Shown here: one piece after another, positions 24,792 to 35,911 of the stretch
How positions within the stretch are numbered: position 1 is the first letter of the stretch
Layout: every line of letters begins with the position of its first letter
Origin: Rhynchobatus australiae
Taxonomy: Eukaryota
Assembly: GCA_034780895.1 (NCBI GenBank)
Contig: JAUZTB010000071.1
Span: forward strand, 26,936,031-27,000,030
Direction: 5' to 3'
Length of the DNA stretch: 64,000 bases
Made by a program: the position numbers and the translations under genes
Notes under the pieces: generated by a model
What the model saw: the letters and a program-made list of their open reading frames with translations, nothing else
The model's database searches: none
Told to the model about the DNA's origin: nothing

Positions 24792-26243
24792 ATATAGAGT
24801 CATGGAGCAATACAGCAGGGAAACAGGCCCTTCAGCCCAACGAGTCCATATTGACCGCCCAACGAGTCCATGCTGACCACCCAGCTAGTCCCAATTTCCT
24901 ACGTTTGGCCCATATCCCTCTCAGCCCCGCCCCTCCATATACCTATCCAAATGTTTCTTAAATGACACTATTGTACCTGCCTCAACCACTTCGTCTGGCA
25001 GCTCGTTCCATACACTCACCACCCTCTGTGTAGGAAAAAGTAGCCCCTCGGGTCCCTATTAAATCTTTCCCCTCAAACCTTAACCCTATGCCTCCTAGTT
25101 TTGGACTCCCCTACCCTGGAGAAAAGACTGTTGCTAACCACCTTATCAATACCTCTCATAATTTTAAACATTTCTATAAGATCCTCATTCTCCTACGTTC
25201 CAAGGAATAAAGACCTAGCCTGGCCAACCTCTCCCTATAACTCAGTCTCTCTAGTCCTGGCAACATCCTCGTAAATCTTCTCTGCACTCTTTCCAGTTTA
25301 ACCGTATCTTTCCTATAACAGGGTAACCAAAACTGTACAGAGTACTCCAAGTGTGGCCTCACCAAAATCTTCAGCAACTGCAACATAATGTCCCAACTCC
25401 TATACTTACTGCCCTAACTGATGAAGGCCGACATGCTGAACACTTTTTTCACCACCCTGTTTACCTGTGACACTGCTTTTAACGAACTATGCACTTGTAC
25501 TCCTAGTCCCTCTGTTCCATTACACTCCCTTGTGCCTACCATTTATAGCAGAAGTCCTATGCTGGTTTGACTTTCCAAAATGCATCACCTCACATCTGTA
25601 TTGAAATCCATTTGCCACTCCTCAATGACTTCCCTAACTGATCAAGGCCCCCCTGTAATCTACAATAACATTCTTCACTGTCAACAACACCTCCTAATTT
25701 TGCATCATCCACAAACTTACTGATCAAGTCTTGTGCATTTGCATCTACATCATTTATATAAATTATAAATAACAGGGGTCCCAACGCCAACCCCTGCAGC
25801 ACACCACTAGTCACCACCCTCCATTCCGAGAAACAACCTTCAACCATCACCCTCCTAACTCCGAGCTAATTTTGAATCCACCTGACTAGTTCTCCCTCAA
25901 TTCCATGGAGCCTAACCTTCCAAACCAGCCTACCTTGTGAGACCTTGTTGAAGGCCTTACTAAAGTCCAAATTGACAACATCCACTACCCTCATCAACCG
26001 TTTTGGTTCCCACTTCAAAAAATCTCTAAAAGACTCATCAAGCACAACTTTCCACGCACAAAGCTATGCTAATTCCTCCTCATCAGACTCTATCTATCCA
26101 AATGCTGGTAGATGCTGTCCTTCAGAATTCCCTCCAGTAACTTCCCCACCACTGACGTCAGGCTGACTGGCCTGTAGTTCCCTGGCTGGCTTGTCCTTGC
26201 TACCCTTCTTAAACAATGGGACACCATTAGCCACCTTCCAGTC
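24792..26243 (-). mobile_element. CR1 (HER1-like) LINE, 5'-truncated, relatively young
   Basis: ORF 25590-25850 'VTSGVLQGLALGPLLFIIYIND..ISKFVDDAKLGG' and ORF 25174-25386 'LVRPHLEYSVQFWLP..LERVQRRFTRMLPGL..YRERL..LGLYSLERRR'; tail 'cctgctgtattgctccatgactctat'. Confidence 0.93.
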
Positions 26244-27845
26244 TTTTTTTTTCTTTTTACAGTCAAAGTAAATTATCCTGGAGAAAAAGATGATGTTTGA
26301 AATGAATTTTTGAGATCCATTTTTGAAATCTCAGCTAGATTTTTGGAATATGGCTAATTACTTGTAAGCTGAAGGTCTAGGATTTGTCTGATGTTTTCTC
26401 ATTGTCATGTTTTCTTGTTTCTGTTGAAGATGGCTTTACATAGGGGTGATTAGCTTCAGTGCATCATGATTTGGTTTTGTGATTTGTTCAAATTCAGAAT
26501 TTAGTAGAAAGTGGCTTCCAAAAATTTTAACTTCAATTATTCTTAATTTGTTAATGGTGTTACGTACTGAGACAGCCAAAGCTACTAACTAAAACCTGTG
26601 GTTCTTTGAGAACTTCTTTTGTTCTAGAAACAGGTAACATTTTAGTGAAGTGTTAATTCTTGCCATTGTACATTTCTAAAGATTTTAGAAGTTGTCTGCT
26701 ACTAGGCCTAAGCATCTCTAATAAATGCAATCAGCAANNNNNNNNNNNNNNNNNNNNNNNNNNNNNNNNNNNNNNNNNNNNNNNNNNNNNNNNNNNNNNN
26801 NNNNNNNNNNNNNNNNNNNNNNNNNNNNNNNNNNNNNNNNNNNNNNNNNNNNNNNNNNTTCTGAGAATAGGTGCTTTACAGAACTTTCTGGCTGAGGGCT
26901 ACATTGTACATTTACGAAATGAATCAGTCGCCTTGACAAAACTTGGCATTCCAGTCCTGGCGCTGAAAAAAATCTAACAATGTGAACAATGGCCTGTGTA
27001 CACTGTTTAAGAAATATAGAGTTTATAGTAATATACCTTCACTTTAGGTATATTATCATCAGATATTTAAATCACAAGCGAGCTTGGTTGAGAAGCATCT
27101 CTACATTCTTTCTACTTTCAATCATAAGTGAACTGTTTGGGTCAGCATTTACACTTAATGCCACTTAATTCCTAAGACAATTATTCTTTGGTGTGGAGAA
27201 AGGGTGAACATCGCACCTTAATAATGGTCTTTATATGTAAGTTAATGTGGCATCTCTGATTTCAACACCAGTCATCCTTTGGTCTTTTTGTTTGGAGTTT
27301 AAATTGTCATCTAATTTTCCTAGGACTTGTAGACACTGAGTTGGGACCTACATACATCACACAGGCCTTTACCACAAGGAAGAAAAAGTTTATTTTTTTC
27401 ATCCCATTAAGTCTGCATTGAAAGCAAATCCCAATCTCATGAACCAAAGTGTTCAAACCAAGCCAAGTTATCCAACAGTGCCCATTTTAGTTCATATTCC
27501 TGAACATAATTACATAGCCCTAACTTTGCAACAGAAGGGACTATTACAGTAAGATTTATTGTACATTGCCACCTACCTGACAGAGTTTGTCCCTAGTCAC
27601 CTTCAGGGACAAGATCAGCACTGCTGCTCTGTGCAGTTCCTCAGTGATGAAAATACCTTACCTGCAAATATTTTCTTGACAGTATAAGATTCCAGGGCTG
27701 CTGCCACATTCATAATTCAATTTAGTGCTCATTAGCATTCTCTATGGACACCAGATGCGGCTAGAGTCTGCAAATCAGAAGACTCCAATCTGACCCAGAT
27801 TTCTGGTGTATCTGTTCTATCATTTCCATATTTAGAAATAGTCTG

Positions 27846-27877
27846 TGTCTCTGTCTCTGTCTCTGTCTCTGTCTCTG
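27846..27877 (+). repeat. (TGTCTC)n hexamer microsatellite, ~5 units
   Basis: Read directly: tgtctctgtctctgtctctgtctctgtctctg. Confidence 0.9.
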
Positions 27878-28380
27878 CCCCTGTGTGTACTGAATGGAGA
27901 ATTATCTTGTACCTTTCTAGGTATGCGACAGAATAGGTTCACCATCTTTCTTCTATAGGAGTAACTATTACCACTTAGAGATCAATGCAGTTTCAAATTT
28001 AGATTTACTAAGAGACTACAAATTTTTTCTATTTCTTCTCTTTTATAAAAGACCAGATTTTTCATTAATTTGCAGAATATTTAAAAACTAACCTGGCACA
28101 GTTTGAAATCTGAATTCAGTACAGTTCTGATTCATTTAAGAAAGATAGCAGAATTGCAAGATAAGTTACTTTAAATCAGAACTGTTTATATTGGCTGATG
28201 TCAAGTGCCAATTACATGTGCAGTCTGAAATCTGCAATAAACCACTTATAACAATCATTCATAAGTGCAGCTCATGCTGGGCTGAGTATTATCACATATG
28301 CATCTCTTTTATTGATACTGAGAATTGCAGAGTACTTACGAGAAATTAAAAGCAGATGACCTATCAATGGTAAGAAACAG

Positions 28381-28705
28381 AAAGAACAAATATGCATTTA
28401 TATAATTCTTAAGCTTCTAAGATATACTAAAGCACTAATGAAACAATTAATTATTTCTAATTGTAGTCACTTTTACGTAGACAAACACTTCAACTCATAA
28501 GGTTCCACAAACAAATGAAATAAATAATCTATTAATCTGTATCACTAATGTTCTTTGACGGTCAGGTATCAATCAGCTAGCACTTCCCTGTTTTCTTTAG
28601 ACAGTCCCTTAGGATTACTTGCTCCTACCTGACCTAGCAAATAGAACTTGTTTTAACATTTCATCTGAAAAAACTGAACTTCTACATTCCAGAGATCCTT
28701 CAATG
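28381..28705 (-). mobile_element. Deu-domain SINE (SacSINE1/AmnSINE1-related), decayed
   Basis: Tail 'aaagaacaaatatgcatttatata', then 'tgtagtcactttt' and Deu-like 'cctacctga..ttttaacatttcatctgaaa'. Confidence 0.6.
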
Positions 28706-29539
28706 TAATTTATGCATTTAATGACTGAACTAGTGTGTGTAGCTGTGCATCAGTCTGTTGTGCTTGGACTGCTGGGAATGAGATATTGTAGGATGAAGAG
28801 CACACAAATGCATTTATTGAGGAATTGTTCAAATGTAAAGCAATTTAAAAATAAATGAAGGGAAAGTGAGTTCATGGATCCTGTGCAGAAATGACTTTGT
28901 TTAATGAGAGCTTTCTACTAGTTTGGTTGTTGTTAGGTTATTTTTTTGGGTCTCTGGCTCTTTTTCCACTGCTACTCACTGATGTATGAAATAGTTATCA
29001 TTGGACTTTACATTTGTAATTGTAGCATAGTCAAAAGAATTCACTCAGACAAGTTTAAAGAGGTCTAGAATACTTACATGGAAAATTGCAAAAGATTAAA
29101 GATGTTCGTGAGAGGCATTTGCTGGAAGCATGAAGGGGAATTAGATGCGCTGAATATGGTTTTTTGAAGAGAGTGAATGCAGGGGGTTGAAAAACAATTC
29201 TGCATGAAATGTTTAACCCCCAGGGGTAATCAAAGCCTGTGCAAGAGATCACTTGGACTGGCATTACCATTATCTTAATTTTTGCTCCACTAACAGTATT
29301 GGGTCTTCACTTGCACCTATGAGTGAAAAGTTTGAGACTTTGTCTTCTGCCAAACAGTAGGGAACCACACAGTCTGAGTAATAGCATAAAAGACTGTGTA
29401 AAACATTTAAAGGTCCTTGTTCAGCCATTCTATTTTGTGGTGGTCCAAGAATTTCACTTAAGTTCAAATGTATTAAAGTTCTAGATATGAACCAAATGTA
29501 CGACAACATCTTAAGAGTTTTCATTACTTCAGCATATTA

Positions 29540-29800
29540 CTCAGACGTGCTGTTCTGTGGATGCATTGTTAAACCATGGCATTTTCCACCTGCTGGATAG
29601 ACTTTATGGTACTATTCAAAGGGCAAGTATTATTTTACTGTCCTGGGAATATTCTTTCCTTAACTGACACCAAAAAAAAGTGATATCTTCCTGTTTGTAG
29701 GAATGGGATCTGCATAAAATAATAGTATAATGTTTTAAAGTAATTTATGATGCACATCATAATTTTGAATACCCCAACGGATACAATGAAGGACTAATCA
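29540..29800 (+). mobile_element. Deu-domain SINE remnant
   Basis: 'gtgctgttctgtggatg..gttaaaccatgg..tggtactattcaaagggc..tgtcctgggaatatt..ccttaac'. Confidence 0.5.
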
Positions 29801-31604
29801 TACACTAACTTTTTTATCACTGAGTATTAGCAAACAACCTCTTCCTCTCAATAATAATTTGCATTTCAGTTGGGTTAGGGTTGCATTTTGCATTATCTGA
29901 GATTGCATGCTCCATGTGCACAGTCTTGTCTTTTCTCAATGCAATTTCTAAATTATATCTTGATCTTATCCATATCATTCCATGTGGCATATTTCATTTT
30001 TCAGAGACAAAACCTTTCTGCTTTCATAAGTTTGATGAAGAGGTACCATTTAATGCTCTTTTGTTCTTTCCAGATTTCCTACATTATGCTGGGGTCTCAA
30101 TCATTTTTTTCTCTAACCTTGAGTTCATTTTCCATATTTCTATTACTATAGTTAGCCTCAAGTAATTGTTTTAAATCAAAAACTTATATTCGTTCAAAAT
30201 CTAAGCCCTGATATCTTCCTAGACTCCAGTGCTACTCTTGTGTGATAAGAAACTCATTCTGAACTTATTCTTCTTTCCAAACAATCAGAAAGCTATTTAA
30301 CTACTTCCTTGTTCCTCTAATCCTTACTGTGGTGAAATCAAGATTCCTTACAATTTCCCACTGTAATTGAATTTTCCCTTAAAAGAATGCATTTGTCTTT
30401 TCAACACTCAAGTTCAGAGTTCAGAAACTGAAGCTTTTCGAATTATCCTGATGATTTTACTCTTTTAATCCAAGCGTTTTTTGAAGAATAACCTTGCCGG
30501 TCGATGGATGCTTATTTCTGAGTTTCACAAATTATTTTTGCTCTCAACAAAACGCAAAATAATTCCTGGTTCTAGTCAAAAATCTCTCTATATCTTTGAA
30601 AACTGATGTATGCTCTCTCATTGGAAGAATTGCTCATAATTGAGTAAGCAGCATATTTTTTATAAGGAATTTATAAAGTTCTAGTAAAGTAAATCACAGC
30701 ATTCTATAAAAACAAGATAGAGATTTGGAATTGCTTTAATTGCTTTAATAAAGTCATTTCAGTTTTGGAAGATTCGTAGGTGAAATGTTTTTAATGTAAA
30801 ACTGAGGCAAGTTATGAACCAATGCCAGTGATGCTGCCTGCTTTCACCGATTCTTGCTACTAATCAAGGACATTCAGAGTTAGTCCAAGTAGGTATTTCC
30901 TTGGAACTTGCAGTTAATATCTGGTGACCTCATCAACTTTGCAATAAGTTGGAGAAAAATCAATATTTTGAAAGCATCTGACGTCAGTTTCATTGGCCTG
31001 GATTCAGTTTTTAACATTGTTTTCTCTCAATCCTTGTTTATGTTAAGGTGACCAATTCTAGTTGAATACGATTGCTGTTGAAAAAACAGATTAAAGAGAA
31101 TGGAGACAAATTAAAGAGAATCCCCAATTAATCTCTGATATCAAGTGAATTCTTTATTAAAATTATGATATGAAAGGTTAACTATCCTCAATATGAAGTC
31201 AAAAAAGTGTGTTTTAAAATGTAGATCATATTCTTGTTTTGAAATGAATTCAGTTTTTGTGCCATTACTAAAAAGCTGATGATGAAGATCCTAAATAACA
31301 CTTATGAGCTAGATCTTACTGGTCTGGTGAACCTACCCACAGTCTCCCTACAGGGGATTTGTTCATTAGTAAACCAACAGAGGATGCTGTCCAAAATCAT
31401 CCCAGACGCTGCTAAAGAGATCTGAACAGTTGCAGACTTTCAGAAGTATACTGAAGCCCCATCTCTGATAGCTGGCAAAACCCAATGCCTCCTGATCCAC
31501 TCCCATACAGTCTCCTGCTTTGCTTGGCTCCATGTGGAGACCCCACTTCCACAAAACCACAACCAGACCTCCCACAAACAAATCCTGATGCCAGTGCTCC
31601 TGAC

Positions 31605-32003
31605 AACATAGAACAGTACAGTACAGGAATAGGCCCTTCGGCCCACAATATTTGTGTCAATCATGATGTCATTCCAAACTAATACAGTCTGCCTGTACCT
31701 TGTCCATATCCCTTCATTCACTGCCTGTTCATGTGTCTGTCTAAATGCCTCTCAAATGCTGCTATTGTATATGTTTCCACCACTTCCCTGGCAGAATGTT
31801 CCCAGCACCTACCTCTCTCTGTTTAAAAAAAAACTTGCCTCATAAATCTCCATTAAACTTTCCTCCTCTCACCTTCAAGTCATGCCCTCTAATGTTTGTC
31901 ATTTCCACTCTGGGAAAGGGACTCTGACTATCTGCCCTATCCAAGCCTCTCATATTTTTTATATACATCTATTAGGTCACCCACTCAGCCTCTGACATTC
32001 CAA
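31605..32003 (-). mobile_element. CR1 (HER1-like) 3' fragment
   Basis: 'aacatagaacagtacagtacaggaataggcccttcggcccaca' tail and 'ccactctgggaaagggactctgactatc'. Confidence 0.85.
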
Positions 32004-32789
32004 CCAATGGACAAGTATTTCCAATGCTGGCCTCTTCCTCTCCTATTCCTGAGGCTGATGGTCAGCCTTCCCCAACATATCAATATCTTTGGATAGCCTC
32101 CCTCAGTCTCCAATGCTGCTGCTCCAATGGCCAATGCCAGACCAGGCTTGCAGATGACCATCTGAATAAGGGCTTGGAGAAGAATACCAGATGTCACATT
32201 TTCAAGTACCCTTTCTGCACTGGAATTTCTAGGCCAGGTTTTTTATTTGCATGGATCAAATTTTAGGCTTTGTTGTGACAGGCTAGAAAATAACTCAATA
32301 CCACATTATCAAAATCATGCATTCTGCATTAAATTGTAATACTGTGGCCATTTTACTTATCAAGTACTCTGAATTTATGGAAATGTGAGAATTTCTGTTT
32401 CCTTTCAAATCTGACGGACACAAGCCTAGCAGTCTGGCACTTGAACCAAAGAAAATGTGCTCCTGTTTGCACTTGTATTTCAGTTGTTTGTTCTGTTTGA
32501 ATTGTGAACTTTGTGATTAAGAAAGGACTAAAGTTAGTGATGTTGGTTTACTAATGAACAAATCCCCTGTTAGAATCCTGAAATGTGTACAGTATATACA
32601 CATTTAAAAAAAGCTCAGAGTGAGCACACAAAGTTCAAATCTAAGGCTGTACATACCTACACAACATGAGAAGACAAAATGATTGATTGCCTTGCCCTGA
32701 GGGCAAGCAAAGTGCAGCATTTTTCTGCTTTAGACATGAAGTACAACATTCAACAGTTACAGGACAGATGCAGAACAAAATTATCCTTA

Positions 32790-33482
32790 AACTAGTCCTC
32801 AACCTTCTCCAATGCCACAATGAGGCTGAACACAAACTAAAAGAACACCACCTCATTTTCCACTTGGGTAGCCTACAGCCCAATGATATTGACATTGAAT
32901 TTTCCAAATTCATGTAACCCACACCGCAGGTGTTCCCTTCCCACTCCGACCAGTCCACCCAAGTTCTCTGTCCCTTTGTTCACCTTTTCCATTCCTGCCC
33001 CCACCACCGCCTCATTACCAAAACATGTTACCCTCCCCCACGTGGTTCTATCTGCCCATCGCCAACATACCTATCCACCAGGGTTTTTTACCCCTTGGCT
33101 CACCTTTCCTATCCCTCCCCCATCACCCCTTCCCTATCTGGTTCCACCANNNNNNNNNNNNNNNNNNNNNNNNNNNNNNNNNNNNNNNNNNNNNNNNNNN
33201 NNNNNNNNNNNNNNNNNNNNNNNNNNNNNNNNNNNNNNNNNNNNNNNNNTCCCCCATCACCCCTTCCCTCTCTGGTTCCACCAATCACCTACCAGTTTCT
33301 GTCTCTACATTCCCTCACCATTGTATATACTAGCTATCTTCCTGTACACTTTCAGTCCGCAACCATTGGCCATCCCTTTGCTTCCAGAAAGAGATCCCTT
33401 TGATTCCAGAGATGCTACCTGCTGAATTATTCCAGCATCTTTTTTTTGCTCTAGGTTCCAGCATCTGCAGTTTATTGTGTCT
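32790..33482 (+). mobile_element. Penelope-like 3' end: GIY-YIG tail, pyrimidine-rich UTR, terminal repeat
   Basis: ORF 32687-32917 ends LLQCHNEAEHKLKEHHLIFHLGSLQPNDIDIEFSKF; 'ccccatcaccccttccct.tctggttccacca' units flank the gap; terminal 'ttccagcatctgcag'. Confidence 0.8.
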
Positions 33483-33489
33483 CACATCT

Positions 33490-34305
33490 CACATGATCCA
33501 GGACTTCTCAGTATAATTTACAGTCAATGAAATACTTTTGAAAAGCTGTTACTGTTGTAATGTAGGAAAAGCAGCAATCAATTTGTTCTTAGCAAAATCA
33601 ACAAGGTCTGGGTATTGATGGCACAGCCAGCATTTAATGCTCATCCCTAATTTTTGAGGGAATGGGATGGAGAGGATGGCCACCTATCTGAGTTGTAGCA
33701 GTCCATCTACTGAAAGTTCTTCTATAAAATCACTGGGGAGGAAGCTCCAGGATTTAGGCGCACTGACAATGAATGAATCAGCAGGATAACCTGGAAATTG
33801 CTTAAACTCCCTGTAAAGGTCAAAGTCATGGCTTTGTGAGATGTTGTCAAAGAAACCTTGGTGAGTAATTGCAATGCATTTTGTTATTGGTACATACTGT
33901 AGCCACAGCATGCAGGCAAAGGAAGGACTGGATGTTTAGGATGCTGGATGGGATGCCAATCAAGTAGTCTCTTGCTGAGCTCTTGATTGTTGTTGTAACT
34001 TCACACATCCATACGGTGGAGAGTATTTTATAACACACCTGATTTCTGCCTTGTACGTGGTTTAAAAATTTTGGGGAATCAGCTTATCTACTTGCCACAG
34101 GATACCTGTGGGATCCTGTATATTCGCCTGAGAGATAAGTGAAACCTTGGCTCAATACATCATCTGAATAACAGCATGACCAACGGTACACACTTCATCA
34201 TCTGCATCGAATGCCAATCTCCACTTTGCAGATCAAGTCTCTCGAATGAGGTTTGACCCTACAACTTTCTGAATCTAAGAGATTGCTGCCACTGAGCTAC
34301 AACTA
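33490..34305 (-). mobile_element. Deu-SINE split by an L2/CR1-clade LINE 3' fragment (~33605-34105)
   Basis: SINE tail 'ttacagtcaatgaaatactttt..actgttgtaatgtaggaaa' (33515-33570); LINE tail 'ccagcatttaatgctcatccctaatt'; SINE head 'gggatcctg..gtttgaccctacaactttctga..ccactgagc' (34110-34300). Confidence 0.65.
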
Positions 34306-34319
34306 ATCGGTAGAAATAT

Positions 34320-34690
34320 GTGAAATCTGAGTTGGAGTAAGTCCATTCTGCTTTGTGTACAGTCCTTCAATGTGATTTGATCTTTGGCCTCCATTTTCAC
34401 ATTAGGTCTCCATAATACACCCTTCCCCTATACTCCAAAAATCTACCTAAATCACCTTTGATCATGGGTAAAGACTTGATATCCATGGCTCTTTGAAGTA
34501 GAGAGCCACAAAGAGTTAAAACTCTTTCAAAGAAGAAATTCTTTCTTCTCTCAGTCTTGGGTGATCAATCCCTTGTCCCGAGGAGAGGCCCTCCAATTCT
34601 AAATCTTCCTGCATCAGGGGGAATAATCCTAACATCTTTTACTGTGTCACTCCCCGTCAGAGGTGACCTCTCAATCTTCTAAACTTGACA
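34320..34690 (-). mobile_element. Decayed CR1 3' fragment
   Basis: 'gagttggagtaagtccatt', 'ccaaaaatctacctaaatc', 'aagaagaaattctttcttctctcagtct'. Confidence 0.55.
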
Positions 34691-35911
34691 GTCTTCTCCC
34701 CTTCTAATGTGTTCACTGCATCAGCCGAATAAGTAGCAGCGTCTCCTTTTTTCTGAAGTCCACAGTCTTCAAGAAACTTGAATGGTCTTCCAATCTGTGT
34801 GTGTATACTTTGTTAAAGAGCAGTGATGGCAGGTCCTTTGCCACCGGAACATTGGATTTAGGGTAAATGAGCCATAGCCGCCAAACAGTATTCACAGTAA
34901 TGAAGGTACCACATGAAAAACCCAGCGTGTGTTTTTAGCTGATAATCTAATCTTTCTAATTATGCCAGGGAAAGCTGTCCTTGTTTTAAGTAATGTGATT
35001 TGGATGAAAAGAGCTGGGTTTCTGCAGCTTTGTAATGATCAGTAATGAAAGCCACCAACATTTTGCTTGCCCTGCCACCGCAAATAGTAACGTTGCAGGA
35101 AAGAGAACATTTGCCGGCGCAAAAACGTGCCTGTTGTATTCTAAAATGTTTTCACACGTGGATATTTTCTTTTTGCCATTTGCTGAAGGTCTATGCACTT
35201 GACTCATTTTAACCACCAGCAAACTCGCCTTCAATTAAACACGCCTAATTTCTCTGACCCTCAGGTGATGTCTGCCTGCCGCAGCATTTAGAAGGGTTAT
35301 TTATTGTCATGTCCTGTAACAAAAAGAGGTGTGCAGCTCCTGCATTTTCTACCTTGTACTATTTGTTCAGCAACTTGCCTCCTCTTTCCAGAGGTACTGG
35401 GTATAGTACCATGAGTGCTGGCGATTCTTTGCTGCTTTATCAGAGTGGGCCAAACTTCATATGCAAGCCCATTGATAACATCAATCTTGGCACATTGGGC
35501 ATCCACACAATCTTCAAGAGTCACTAGAAACAATGTAATTACAACAAAAACTTTTATTTACTGTATATAGCACTGTTAATTCAGAAGAATGTTGCCAGGT
35601 GTTTCATAGATATTAGCAGAACAAATAATGCATTGTCCAGGGAGCAGTAGGAAAGGGTTTGAGCCCTGAGTTTCCCACCTACTCATTTCAATGGATAAAG
35701 ACCTTGGATTAATTGTTGTCCCTTGTATCAAGTCTCTTTCTGTCTGAGTTTGTTTTTCTATTTTGTTAAACATTCTCAGAGCAATATCTTGATTTTGCTG
35801 TAATGCTGAGGTATAAGTAAGGAATGAGCCATAAATGAGCAACTCACAGAGCTTTTGAAAATTATGACTATGGCCATCATGTGTTTATAGACATTACTCT
35901 ACCAAAGGAAG

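Noticed and set aside
26153-26160. CRE palindrome TGACGTCA
   Set aside because: It lies inside CR1 coding sequence (LTS motif region), so it is explained by the repeat.
31370-32210. Possible RTE-like remnant flanking the CR1 at 31605
   Set aside because: Only vague motif similarity; could not be supported.
32883-33425. Proline-rich ORFs (also 48969-49451 and 58323-58613)
   Set aside because: Translations of the C-rich Penelope 3' UTR, partly through a gap.
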